The notes below the pieces were generated by a model. That model searched no databases. It saw only the letters and a list, made by a program, of their open reading frames with translations, and had not been told where the DNA came from. From the NCBI GenBank assembly GCA_951406725.2, contig OX597832.1, forward strand, positions 63,674,001-63,738,000: a DNA stretch of 64,000 nt. Reading direction: 5' to 3'. Numbering within the stretch: position 1 is the first letter of the stretch; each line of letters opens with the position of its first letter. Shown one piece after another: positions 24,611 to 38,836 of the stretch. The translations under genes and the position numbers were made by a program. Source of the DNA: Octopus vulgaris. Taxonomy: Eukaryota.

Positions 24611-26342
24611 TATTATTATTATTATTATTATTATAGGGTATTTATTATATAGGGAAAATGTTCCAGAATTCTGAATGTTAAGGGTTTGTGCGAGTTGCTA
24701 TTGTAGAAGTCTGCTGAGGAAAGGAATGGGGGGAGGGGGTTCTATTTTGTCAAGATGAGAATATTAGACTGTCAAGGAAGAAGGCAATCAGCTTCAGTGT
24801 CACTTTTATCTTTCTCTTCTAGATGGATGGATGGATGGATTGATGGGTGGTTGGATGGATGGATGGATGGATGGATGGATGTGTGGATGGTTGGGTGGAT
24901 GGGTGGATGGATGGATGAATGGATGGATGGTTGGATGGATAGATGGATGGATGGATGGATGGATGGATGGGTGGTTGGATGGATGATTAGAACTCTCACC
25001 GTGCTTGTTCAAAGAAGAGGTGAGTATATGAACGTGACAACATCTGCAACAACTCAAAGAAGATCAACATTAATGTTGGACTGGCACAAGATCTGAGAAG
25101 ACTATGGAAATGACCACAGACATTTTGCCTCCACAATGTCCAGACACCATGTACAAGATGAAGGCAGAGAATAGACCATGTTTGGTAGTAATAAAAGTGG
25201 TAATAGAAGTGGTCAAAGACATGGTTTGCTGAGACTGAATGGTTCCAGTGAAGGCCTATTCTTGGATATGAATAATACCATTGGGAACTGCCCTATTTTT
25301 TGGTTTGTAATCCCATAACATCTTTCCCCCAGCTTGTGACAGGTAACCCTTTGAAAAGTTTATTTTTTGCCAGATGGTAACAAAATTAAAAATCTTCCGG
25401 CAGCTGGTACCACCACCACCACCACCACACCATAAAGTTAATTTACTTGTCTTAGAACTAGCATGGTGCTTCTTCTATCAACTCCAGAAGGATGAAAGGC
25501 AAAGGGGACATCACACACACACACGACCTTGAAAGCATAGAAATATATTTATAAAATGAACTCTGACTTTAGTTTGACTCTGAAATATTAGAATTCTCCT
25601 TTGAATTGTTAGAAATCATTGCTGAAGTTTTCTCACAGAACACAAATTTATTTAACAATTAGCAAACTTTGTTAATTAATCTTTGTTAATGCAGACGACC
25701 ATTGCTTTACTTGATTTCATTTTATTTATTTCTTTTTTATTAAAATAACTCCTCATTCTATATGTCGCCAGGTCTTAGAATATGAACACCATGTGGCCGT
25801 GAACTATAACAGTTGGCAATAGGAAGGCCATTTTGGCTGTAAATTGCTGCCTAAGAAAAGGAATCAAAATGAATAAGATCAAACTGTAATCGGACCTTAC
25901 AAGATAACCCTTTTTTAACAGAGAAAATAGCTTTAAACAGTTTTGTTGTTATTTATTATTTAGAAACACGTGAAGTGTTCTCTATTGTGAAATTCAATTT
26001 TCTATCTATTACTACTACTACTACTACAAAAGTAATGAGCTGGCAGAGTTGTTAGCATGTCAGGCCTGAAATTTGTAGGGTGGGGACTAGTCGATTACAT
26101 CAACCCCCAGGGTTTCGCTGGTACTTAATTTATCAACCCCGAAAGGATGTAAGGCAGAGTTGACCTTGGCAGAATTTGAATTCAATATGATAATAATAAT
26201 GATGATGATGATGATAATCAGAAAAGAAAAGTTTATTGTATTTAATATAGGAAGAGTGAATACTTTATGTCATAATTTGGTTGCTTGACAAGCAATACAT
26301 ATCTGGTTCAAGTCATACATACATACACACATGTATGATATG

Positions 26343-26415
<73 letters not shown>

Positions 26416-26449
26416 ATATTTATGTATATATTGGTCAGGGTGGGGTGGG

Positions 26450-27050
26450 GTCTCCTGCCATTATCATTCTACTTAAACTGTTACAGGTATATACCTTCAA
26501 GAAATACATGATCAGGGAGAAGATTCTGGAGGGAAGATGTCCTGGGGTGAAAGTACTGGACAAAATGGTTAATGTAGAAAGGGAGGGGCTGATGTGCCAA
26601 GAGTGACCAGAGGCAGAGGGATGAGTGGGTGAGATGGGTACTGAAGGAGAGAGGCCATTGTTGTAGCAATAACAAAAAAGATAGAAAGAGGAGAGTGGAT
26701 GTGTGCGGGCCAGAGGCTGGAGCATGTCCATTAGTGATTGATTGCAATGTGTTGAGTGGCCCATCTCTGGATGCAGTCCAAAATATGTGTGTGCGTAGTA
26801 GCAGCACCGTCCCAGATGTGGGAGCAGGACTCCATTGTGGACCTCACTTGTGGGTCACATAGAGTGTCAGCAGTTGTAGGAGGTTGAAATATTTCTCAGC
26901 CCTGAAGAGAAAGGACCAGTTGTTGGGGGTGTGACCCTAGCTATACTAGGAATGTACATTCATTAGGAGCTGCATTAGGTGATAGAGAAGCCCAGCATAT
27001 GGAGTAATTGTGAGGGCCTTACCTGAATGCTATTCATGTTTGGTGGCACT
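26450..27050 (-). mobile_element. CR1/Jockey-superclade LINE ORF2 C-terminal remnant
   Basis: Frameshifted QLLTLY...QVRSTMESCSHIWDGAATTHTHILDCIQR...LQPLA...YFHPRTSSLQNLLPDHVF. Confidence 0.75.
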
Positions 27051-27561
27051 TGGTGGGGGTGGGGGCACTGACACATCTCCACCACCATTTCTCTAAGTCT
27101 TTCTCTCTGTCTTTCTTTTCCAACAGTGGTCGCCACATATCTCCTCTGCAGCAAGACACTTAAATCTACCCTGCAATTATTATAATTTTTAACCTCTCAT
27201 CAACACCCACAATACTACTCCTTTTCCCAGTTGAGAGCGGGGGTTTTTTGCAAGTCGCTTGGTGACCCTACTGATGCTAGTGCCATGCAGAAAGCCCCCA
27301 GTCTACACTCTGTAAAGTGGTTGGCATTAGGAAGAGCATCCAGCCATAGGAACCATGCCAAAACAGGGAAATAGAGCTAAGTACAGTCCTCTAGCTTGTC
27401 AGCTCATGTCAAACTGTCCAACTATTGTAGAAGACATTTGCCCAAGGTGCCACACAGTGGGACTGAACCTGGAGCCATGGTTGGGATGCAGGTTTCTTAC
27501 CACATAGCCACTCATGCACCTATATATATAAATATATATACATATACACATATATATACAT

Positions 27562-27591
<30 letters not shown>

Positions 27592-27592
<1 letters not shown>

Positions 27593-28495
27593 ACTGATGT
27601 ACCTGGTATATTTCGGGGGTAAGCAGGGCTTATCCATTCGTTCCATTCTTATATAATTGTTTCGCTAATCCAATAGCAATACAAAGTATGTATTCCTTAA
27701 AACGGTTTTTGTGCATTTATTGAGAATACCAAACTGTCTTACACAGGATTTTGTTTTTAGGAATTCCCAATAAGTTAAGAATACCCAAATTGTGAAGTCA
27801 CTTATGTAATAACATGAAATTAATTACCTGATAGTAAGAATTCAAATAAAGTAGCATCGAAAAAGGCTTTAATTTATTCCCAGGGAATATAGAACTTAGG
27901 TATGTATTCTAAAATCGTGAAGCATGTTACATAATAACAGGATCATCAGATATGAGATAATAATACTTCAAAGTAAATAACTCTGAGAAAAGCTTTTGAG
28001 CGTTCGCAGAGAATATTACCTTCAGCGGTGCTAGTGTTGGTATATTCATGAACAAGTCACTAACTGAAATAAGTGGATCTATTGTTTAGGAAAATACTAT
28101 TTACTTGTTTAAGCATTGTACTGGATAAATTGTGAAAATAACTCAAATAGTTCAAATACTAAGAAATAAGCATACTCAATTTGATTTATACATAATAATT
28201 TACGAATATGAATGGATTATTTCCCTTCACTATATGTAAGGATCCCTTTCAGGAGCGAATGGGTTATTTTCCTTGGATGTTTAAAAATAATATATTAGCT
28301 ACATGTAGTAGATATAAGAATCCCTTCCAGGGGCCCTATTATCGATTTTTTCAACAATCTAAGTATGTGAATAGTTTTCCAGACATGTGTTCTACTCATG
28401 TGTCAAGTTTCACCAAAATCGATAAAACGATGTAGGAGTTAGATAACAACAGCACAAACACACCCACAGATTTCCACATACTTAGTATATATACA
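27592..28495 (-). mobile_element. Degenerate Helitron/HINE-like non-autonomous element within (TA)n
   Basis: Layout parallels 3492-3868: small terminal hairpin (cctggtatatttcggg) at one end and aagtttcaccaaaatcg...ggagtt...acacaccc module at the other. CTAG is not intact. Confidence 0.4.
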
Positions 28496-29649
28496 TATGT
28501 AGTATATATATATATATATATATATCTACATGCACAGACTCACACACATGCATACACAATCTTGTAACATAACAGTGCATCCGTTTTATTCTCTCTCAAA
28601 CTGATAAATATTATATCTAATATCGGGTTTCATTTTCTTTCTCACGGTTGAGCAGTTACCAAGTAGAGAAAGGCATCCAGCTGTAAAAACAAAGGCAAAA
28701 AAGAAAAAAAAAACTCTAAACTCTTCCAAAAATAAACTTCTCACCCTTCCCCCCTAATAATTATTACATGGCAGTATGAACGAGAAGCAAAAATCATTTG
28801 GTTGGAGGTGTTCACTCCTCTCACTTGCAGTCTTTTTTTTATATTTATGTTATGGAGGAAAAAGAAGTTGGCTTTTGTTTTTGTACTGGAAACCCCAAGT
28901 CAACAAGTAAAGGAGATATGTAGGGGTGTGTGTGAAAGAGAGAGAGAGGGGGGAATGAGAAGAAGAGTGTGCGAGTGGGAGTGAGATATAGAGAGTGTTA
29001 CAAGGAGATTCAAAAGCCTAGGCTTCAGCAAAGCAACTGTGGTAATGATTATAGAGGGGATTTCCAACATTGGTTCATGGTCACAAAAATACAAAAAAAA
29101 ATCATTGTAGGAGGGGTGGATGAGGCATAATTTGCTTAATTAATTTCAGTACTTGATCAGGGTTTGATTTTATCAACCCCATCACCCTGCCAGAACATTA
29201 CAAGACAAAGATGACAGCTGTAAGGTTTGAACACAAAAAGGCATGTAATCAAATAACTGCAAGGTATCCTTTTTTTCCGGAAAATTGCTTTCACTGCCCC
29301 ATTTCCCTTTTTTCAATACCTCAGTCACAGGAGAAAGGGCAGTGCCCATAACCCCTTTCAGGGCTTTCTCTGACCGTTGAGGGAAAGATTAAATACCCAT
29401 GAACCTTTTCAAGGCCTCTCTAACTAGTAAGAGAGGTGAAAATACTCATGGTTCTTTTAAGAGGTTCTCTGGTGAGATAAGGGTAGCATCTGAGGCTTTT
29501 ATTTACTGGTGAGGGCAAGGATAAATGCTCATGGCCCTTTTCAAGCCTTCCCAGACTTAAGGAAGAGCAATGTCTATGACCCTTTCCACCAAAGATTGTG
29601 AGTACAACACCTAAACCACTAGGCCATAATAATAATGATGATGATAAAT

Positions 29650-30745
29650 TTGTAAGTTTGGCACAAGGCTCTCCAATTTTGTGGGGATAACAATGGCCCC
29701 TAATAAGTGACCAGAACTTCATTTTATCCCACTCCTGTAAAGATGAAAGGCAAAATTAACCTTGGCAGGATTTGAAATTAGAATGTTGCTAATAAGCTAT
29801 TTTGTCTGGCATTCTTCTCATTTTGCATTCCATAGCCTTATTACTAATTGCATCTGCTATATGTATAAGGTTTGAAATTTCGGGGAGTGGGGGGGTTAGT
29901 CGATTGTATGGATCCCAGTATACTTGACTGGTACTTTACTTTTACTGAATCTGGTGGGATAGAAGGCAGAATAGCCCTCAGCAAGATTTGAACTCAGAAA
30001 ATAAAGAACTGGAACAAATGCTGCTGGACATTTTATCTGACAATCTGATGATTCTGCTAGTCTTTCATTCTATGCAGCTAGCTCTCTTAATAAGTTTCCA
30101 ATTTTGGCACAAGGCCAGCAGTTTTAGGGGAGTGGGGTCAGATAATAACCTTGACACTAGAGCTTGATAGGCATTTTATTTTATTGACCACAGAAGAAAG
30201 AAAGGCAAGGTTGACCTCAGTGGGATTCGAACTCAGAACATGTAGGATCAAAAATACCGGAAACTATTTTTCTGACACTCTAATGACTCCTTTTCCACCT
30301 TTTAATAAATAACTTTTTCTACTCTAGGCACAAGGCCTGGAATTTTAGTGGAGGTGGAGGGGTTAGTTGATTACATTGGCCCCCAGTATACAACTGGTAT
30401 TTATTTTATCAACCTTGAAAGGATGAAAGGCAAAGATGGCCTTAGAGAAATTTGAACTGAAAACAAGAAGGCAGACAAAATGCCACTAAACATTTTGTCC
30501 AGCATGCTAACGATTCTGATAGCTCGCTGCTTTTTTAAACAATAATAATTGTTCCAAATCTTGATGCAAGGCCATCAATTTTAGTAAGGGTGGGGGGTTA
30601 AGTCAATTACCTTGACCCCAGTACCTGACTGGTACTTTATTTTATCAACCTGGACAGAACAAAAGGCCAAGTTGACCATGGGAGGATATGGAGAGTTGGA
30701 AGAAATACCATTAAGCAGTTTCTCCAATGTGCTAAAGATTTTTCC
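29650..30745 (-). mobile_element. Cluster of ~5 head-to-tail family B SINEs
   Basis: Repeated ggcacaaggcc...gggg..agtcgatt...ctggtactt.attttatc...ggatgaaaggcaaag...atttgaactcagaa at about 29660, 29865, 30105, 30327 and 30563. Confidence 0.8.
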
Positions 30746-31085
30746 AGTTTGTTGTCTTCACAGCCCTAATAATAATGGTAATAATAATTATAGTAAAAAT
30801 TGTAATTTATAGTGTAAATATATAATTTTCATTTATAATAGTTATAAGCTGTGATAACCATACATTAATATATATATAATAACATATTATTAACAAAGAC
30901 CCATATATGTCATTAAGAAAACCCCATCTATAGTATTGACAAAATAAATAAAAATTCAGCAGAATTTTCCCCGCCATGTGAGATCAAATATATGAGATTT
31001 AATTTATAACAGGGATGGAAAATTTTAGTGAAGGAATCAGAGAAGGAGGATTGATGGGAGGTAACTGATAATAACAGTTTTCAAC

Positions 31086-31127
<42 letters not shown>

Positions 31128-32386
31128 GTTATTATTATTATTTCAAAATACATATTCCATGAAAATTTAATTGAAAATTTTAAATACTTGTACTATAACA
31201 TGCTTTTGTTATTCTAAAAAAATATTTATTGTTTTTTTAAAAATTAAATACAAACACACACACACACACACATACACACATAAAAAAGAAAACAAAATAA
31301 AACCACAAAGATATTTTTCAAGATGGAAATTTTCATAATAAAAATTCTTCAGAATTTTTTCAATTTAGAAATGAAGAAAAAAAAAAAATGAATTAAAATA
31401 TGTCAAAGTGAAAAATATACATATTTAAAAAAAGTGGAAAGGTGTTAAATTTTTGAAATTGTCAAATTATTTTAAAATGTGGAAAATTTAAAGTTTCACA
31501 ATCTACTCAGAAAAGAAAAAAAAATTGCGTGTGGAAATATTCACAATTTACTTAACCAGGTAAGAAAGAAAAAGGCAAAAAAAAAAAAAAAAACCCACAA
31601 ACTGCAATGCAGAAAATTTTCTGTTTAACTCAAATAAAATTTGAAATGTGGAAAAAATGTTCTATTTAAAACTACTTGGATTTCTCCAATGTGGAAATGC
31701 TTGAAAGAAAAAAAGAAATTTGAAAAAAAATCCACTTTACATATATAAATTTATTCTTTTGCTTACAAGTGGAAATTTTTTTCTTTCAAAAAAATAATGT
31801 AGATGACAATGTGGAAATGTTTCTATTTTAAAACTACTGAGCTACTTCAATGTGGAAATTATCCCATTTAAGACTACTCAGCTATTTCAATGTGGAAAAA
31901 AAATGTTCACATTTTAGAAAACTACATGGAATTATTATTGCAGAGTGGAAAGTTTTTTTTTTTTTAAATTTAACACTAATGAAAATGTTGAAAGTAGAAT
32001 ATATACATATATACACATACATATATACATAGATGTGTACATGTACATATGTATAAATATACATACATAATATATATATATATATTAATCAATGTCTACA
32101 GTATTATAGATCCGTTTCAGCCAATCTTACCAATCAGATCAGTTTTGCAGTGGGTATTAGATAAGCATATATATATATGTATGTAAGTATGCATGCATGT
32201 GTGTGTATATTTATATACACACACATTATCTCATGTGTTGTTTGACATGTTATAATTAAGAAAACAAAACAATATATTAAAATATACACAAATTAGAGCA
32301 TAAATAATGATGAAGATGAATATACATGTACATACATACATACATACACATATATATATATGTATGTATGTATATATGTATGTATG

Positions 32387-32433
<47 letters not shown>

Positions 32434-33212
32434 TTATTATTATCAATCTGATTTGAAATTTATGTTGGAATTCTGAGAGGTCAGCATGACTTGTGAAGGA
32501 AAAAAAAAAGTTAAAGAAATGTAAACACATGCACACAGGTGTGTCTGACAAATGCAAGCATAATTACAGACAACACACACACACATACACCTGTATATTT
32601 ACAAAGAGATCCACACAGATATATATCTATAGACATTCACACACATCTTGATTATCAAGTGTCAGAACAAAGTAGGTTCAGATAAGGAAGGTGAAAATAT
32701 TTGCTGGATCAGAAGTGGTGATGGTGCTGGGGAAACCCTCAGCAATTTTATAGTGCTGCCACTGTAGACAGTGTGATATATGAACCCCATGACACCTACT
32801 TAGAGACAGGTAGGCTTAGTTTTTGCATGTAGACTTGATATGAGCTCTTGTAGCAACCAAATTCCTTCAAATCACACCATATTATATTAAAACAAGAAGG
32901 ACACTGTGGACAATGGAGTCCTTGATATATGTAGAATACAAAAAAAAAAAAAAAAAAAAAAGAAGCCCAACACCATTGACTCTTTCAGGAACATTATTTT
33001 TTTCATGCTCAGAATTGTTGACTCATGGGGAATAAACAACCATCAAAGTTATTGACTGCCAAGACAATGCATCCTTCCACAATTCAATGCTTTCCAAAAT
33101 TCCTGACACACTTGTGTTCTCTCTCTTCTCTATGACTCTTTTTATGTTCAATTTTCTATTGTATTCTCTTTTATCCTGCGAACTATGCATATATTATGAG
33201 CTTACAAATAAT

Positions 33213-33602
33213 CTTTTCTACTCTAGGCACAAGGCCCAAAATTTTTAGGGAGAGGGGGCCAGTCGATTACATTGAACCCAGTATGCAACTGGTACTTAAT
33301 TTATCGACCCCAAAAGGATGAAAGGCAAAATCGACCTTGGCGGAAATTGAACTCAGAACGTAAAGACATGAAATACCTATTTCTTTATTACCCACAAGGG
33401 GCTAAACACAGAGGAGACAAACAAGGACGGACATAGGTATTAAATCGATTACATCGACCCCAGTGCGTAACTGGTACTTTATTTATCGATCCCGAAAGGA
33501 TGAAAGGCAAAGTCGACCTCGGCGGAATTTGAACTCACAACGTAACGGCAGACGAAATACAGCTAAGCATTTCACCCGGCGTGCTAACGTTTCTGCCAGC
33601 TC
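33213..33602 (-). mobile_element. Family B SINE with duplicated core (young, CpG-rich)
   Basis: The gatgaaaggcaaagtcgacctcggcggaatttgaactca module occurs twice; head gagctggcagaaacgttagcacgccggg on the minus strand. Confidence 0.85.
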
Positions 33603-33669
33603 AAGTTCCATTGTTAAAAATGGTTTATTTCATGTCTCTTCAAGTTTCTAAATTCTTAAGATATGAACA

Positions 33670-33719
<50 letters not shown>

Positions 33720-34050
33720 TTACATATATATATACATACATACACACACACACATAAATATATATAAACACACATACGTATAATAACACTACACTGGACA
33801 TGCTTATACGATCTTCTTCTTTATGATTTTTTCAATCATCATTTTTCTGTCATTTTGTCTTTTATCTTGTGTATTATGCATCTATTTCGGGCCACCATTG
33901 CTGGTCTTTCCTTACTAGAATTATATGTCTACTTTCTGTCCGTTCTTTTGCCTTTTCCAATGAATTGAGTACTGCATATGAGTGCTATATTCAAGAATTA
34001 CATTACCATTATTATCTTGCAAGTTACTTGGTGATCTCACAAGTGCCAGT

Positions 34051-34102
<52 letters not shown>

Positions 34103-34281
34103 TACACAAAACCCAATTCAGTCCATGCTGTAAAGTAGTTGGCATTAGGAAGGGCATCCGGCCATAGAAACTGTGCTGAAGCAGACACTGGAGATCATTG
34201 CAGTCCTCTTGCCTTGTTGAACTGTTCAACCTGTGCCAGCTTGGAAGCATGGAACAAAAACGTTAAATGAAGCTGACAATA

Positions 34282-34316
<35 letters not shown>

Positions 34317-35315
34317 AATTTGCTTGGAAACAAGTGAGGGTTAGTAACAGGAAGAGTGCCCAGCTGTAGGAAATTTTCTTCAACAAATTCTGTCCGAGCC
34401 ATGGAAGTGAGATGATGATGATGATTATATATAAATATATGTATATATATATATCAGCTGGATGGTCATGGATGATATGTCTTTGATCATAAGACCTGCT
34501 CAATTAGAGCTGACCTGAAATTATACAACAAAAACATCAACATCATCATCACCGCCATAATAATGATAAATGATGAGTAACAACAGACAGAAACAGCTGG
34601 AACAACGAGAAACAAAGCAACAAGCCTGGACTGACATACTGTGCCCTCTACAGTCAACCTGGGTGGTGACAGTGAGCTGCTTTACTGTATACATCTTGCT
34701 TTTTAGAATTGGTACACAACATCCCTGCAAGTCATGAGAAACAGCTACAAGGGTGAGCGTCAGGAAGAGCATCCAACTGTAAAACACTACTTTAAGTAAA
34801 ACCTGTTCAACCCATGCCAGCTTGGAAAAGTGGGTGTAAAATGCTGCTGTTGCTCATGTTGATGACAATGATGATGATTATCTGAGAGTGAGTTGTGTAG
34901 TTGTCCAGTAGATGGAGCACTGGTGCAGTTGATGACACCTAGTCTCATGAAACATGCCATAGGCTGGGTTTGAAGCTGACACAGGGAACAACAACAACAA
35001 CACAGATAGTAGAAAACACACATAGCAGTACATATATGTGAAGACACATACACAGGCAGACACTGTGTATGTGTTTAAAAATTTGAAAAGAGTTGAGTAA
35101 ACAACCTTGCCTAAGAGTGTGATGATACATGTGTCAAAATTTCAATACAAATACACATAAATATCAACACACACAAAACACATATATCAATACATACATA
35201 AATACTAATGCACATACACACACACACGGAGATATGAACACATTCATACATATCAACACATATTCAAATTTCAGCACACACACACACAGACCCTCTCTCT
35301 CTCTCTCTCTCCATA

Positions 35316-35700
35316 TCATGGCACTCCATTGGTTACGGCGATGAGGGTTCCAGTTGGTCCGATCAACGGAACAGCCTGCTCGTGAAATTAACGTGCTAGT
35401 GGCTGAGCGCTTCACAGACACATGTACCTTTAATGTAGTTCTCAGGGGGATTCAGCATGATACAGTGTGTGACAAAGCTGTTCCTTTGAAATACAAGTAC
35501 AACAGAAACAGGAAGAAAGAGTGAGAGAAAGTTGTAGTGAAAGAGTACAGCAGGGTTCACCACAACCTCCTGCTGGAGCCTTGCGGAGCTTTAGATGTTT
35601 TTGCTGAATAAACACTCATAATGCCTGGTCTGGGAATCGAAACTCTGATCCTATAACTGTGAGTCTGCTGCCTTAACCACTGGGCCATTGTGCCTCCACT
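35316..35700 (-). mobile_element. tRNA-derived SINE (distinct family)
   Basis: Minus-strand head tggcccagtggttaagg...gtttcgattccc (A and B boxes), then a ~300-bp body. Confidence 0.75.
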
Positions 35701-35819
35701 CTCCATATATGCGGGTGTTAAAGACATGTTGTTTTTTATATTCTTAATCATAACAAAATAATGCCATGCATCTAATGCGACTGGATTATAGATAAAATAC
35801 TGAGTTTGTGGATGTCTCT

Positions 35820-36196
35820 TTTCTCTGTTTCAGACATTAGACTGTGGCCATGCTGGAGCACCGCCTTGAAGAATTTTTAGTCGAATGAATCAACTCCAGG
35901 ACTTAATATTTTTTTAAAGCTTGGTACTTAGTCTATCAATATCTTTTGCTGAACTGCTAAGTAGCAGGGACACAAACAAACGAACCAACCAATCAACCAA
36001 TCAGTTGGGGGGACAAACACAGACACAAGCATGATGGGCTTCTTTCAGTTTCTATCTAGCAAATCCACTCACAAGGCTTTGGTCAGCCCAAAACTGTTTG
36101 TAGAAAGCACTTGTCCAAGGTGCTACGCAGTGGGACCGAAGCTGGAACCCTGTGGTCAGGGAGCAAACTTCTTACCACACAGCCACACATGCACCT
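35820..36196 (-). mobile_element. Family A SINE
   Basis: Colinear with 63385-63782. Confidence 0.85.
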
Positions 36197-36936
36197 AATG
36201 ATATGTATGACGAAACACATTAAATTTGTTTTTAGCCATAAAGATGGTGGGGTGCTTCTTATACAGGAGTGCATCTTATACACCGGCAAGTGCAGTACAG
36301 CAATATAAACATTTATAAAACAGCAGTCACCTTTAAATGGTTATTAGGTCAAAGAGGAACAAATAAACAAATAACAAAAAAACCTCAACAAGAACAATAA
36401 ACAAAAGGAAACATAATAGAATATTTGTTGCAAAGTAACAACAATACTATAAAAAAAAACCCAAACAAAATAGAAAAAACACACCTCTACAAATTCTTTC
36501 ACTTTATATGGTAATGGTGGTGGAGGTGGGATGAATGGATGGTAGGTAATGTCTGATGGTTTAATTAATGTTTAAGAGATCAAATTAAGAGTAGAAGTCT
36601 TTTATTTTTTCATTTAAAAATTTATTTCTTTGATTGCTGTTATGTGCGTGTGTGTGTGTGTGTGTGTGCGTGTGTGTGTATGTATGTATACTTTCTTAAA
36701 ATTCTTTTGATTTTTTTCCCTTGTCTTTTCTTTTCTTTTCTCACTTGTTTAACCCATGGAGGCTTAATGTGTAAAAGTGTATGATCATATTTACATATAT
36801 AAGATATACAAACACACACACGAGCACATACATACGCACATGTACACTCTTTTAAGTGTACACATAAACATTAATGTTTATATAAATAATTAAAATATAT
36901 AGGTACATACATGTATGTAAAATATATATGACAATG

Positions 36937-36989
<53 letters not shown>

Positions 36990-37110
36990 TAACAATCTTT
37001 TTATTGACACAAAATTCTTATTTGTTTCATAAATATATATATATATATATATGTTATGAAATAAACAAGATATATATATATATATATAAATTTTTATAAT
37101 TATGATTTTT

Positions 37111-37266
37111 ATAATTATGAGTATACTTATAATTAGGGTTCAGCAAAAATTTGCTTCACCACATACCAAATTTAGAAATAGCTAGTTTTGGCTGCTATTT
37201 CTAAATTTGGTATGTGGTGAAGCAAATTTTTTGCTGAACCCTAATTATAATTATACTCATAATTAT
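37111..37266. repeat. Near-perfect fold-back, 72-bp arms with 11-nt loop, inside a (TA)n-flanked insert
   Basis: 37111-37182 is the reverse complement of 37194-37266 with one substitution and one indel. Confidence 0.92.
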
Positions 37267-38187
37267 TAAAATTTTTGTTTAAGTTTACCGATAATGGTTC
37301 TTTTAGCATGCCAAACTACTTGGTAAAATTATTAATTATTAATTAATTAATTAATTTTACCCTTTATTATTATTGATATATATATATATATTATATTTTC
37401 CAACAGGAAGTTGGAAAATTTTGTTTTGGCATTATATTATTACACATGTTTAATTTGCTAGTAGGAATTCTGAAGTTTTCCATGTTAGATAAATATATAA
37501 GATATTTCCAATTAAAAATTCTTCAGAAAGAGAATCAAATAATATTATTTGATACTCTGTCTGGAGAATTTCAAAAAGAAGATTTCTTACTTGTTAATAT
37601 TACATGTAAATCTTTGTGATACCTATTATCTAATGGAACATGTGTAATAATGGAATAAATACCCCACAAAATTTTCCAACTTCTTGTTTTGTTATATATA
37701 TATATATATATACACACACATATATATATTCATCATCATCATCATTATCATCATTATTATTTTTATCATAAATATAAATTAAAAGCAAAAGGTGGGAGTA
37801 CCTCTCAAGGTGTACTCCCCTCCTAGAGAGCCCTGTCTCACTTCTTGGAGTGAGACACAGTTCCAGGTGGATTATAATGATGGTAATCAAAAGTTGAGCT
37901 ATATTTAAAGAAGATCATCATAACTTTTTGTCAGCCCCTGTTGCTTATATGCAAATACGTGAGTTAGTGTACATTATACATACATGCACCCACTCACAGT
38001 CACTGCAAAATATATATGTGTGCGTGTATGTGTGTATAAAAAACAAAAAGAAATTTTGGAGTCTATTAGTAGCCTGAATCCATGTTCCCATAGACTAAGG
38101 ACAAAAATAAACTTATCTCAATCACCAAATAAGAACTTTGAAATCTTGGAAATTCATATATATATATATATATATACCAAATATATA

Positions 38188-38229
<42 letters not shown>

Positions 38230-38830
38230 TATATATCAATATATATATATATATAAATATAAATATGTATATATATTTATATAGGTAAAATGGAAAAATA
38301 TGTGTGTTTGTACATGTTAAACTCTACATGTTAAACTCATAATGGACATCTTTGTTTGAGGATTGAGATTCCTGTTATATATATATATGTATACATACAC
38401 ACACACAGATATATATATACACACACATGGAATAATGTTTATGTATTTTTGGGTGAAATACATAATAGTCCTTGATACATGTTTGTTATTAGGGAGAAAA
38501 TATGAAGTCTGTGCATATGTCATCATGTGTGTGTGTGCATGTGTGCATGTGTATATATGTAGTCTGTGTGTTTGGTATAAATATATGTACATATATATGA
38601 AAACACATGGAAAGAAACAGCTTATCTCCCCTACAATGCAAGCTGTATGGGTGAAAAAATGTCTGAGGAAAATGTTTGATGTTTTAGTTACCAAACTCAC
38701 ACACATATCAATACCTATACATTTGTACACATATGCATATATGTATTCACAAATGTGTGTGTGGGTGGGGTGGGGGTATACATAAGTATGTACACACATT
38801 CACACATTTAATATACATGTAAATATATAG

Positions 38831-38836
38831 TTTATT
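38831..38836 (-). promoter_or_regulatory. Candidate proximal polyadenylation signal AATAAA
   Basis: About 390 nt after the stop codon, followed on the minus strand by GT-rich sequence (tgtgtgaatgtgtg). AATAAA is common in AT-rich DNA. Confidence 0.35.
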
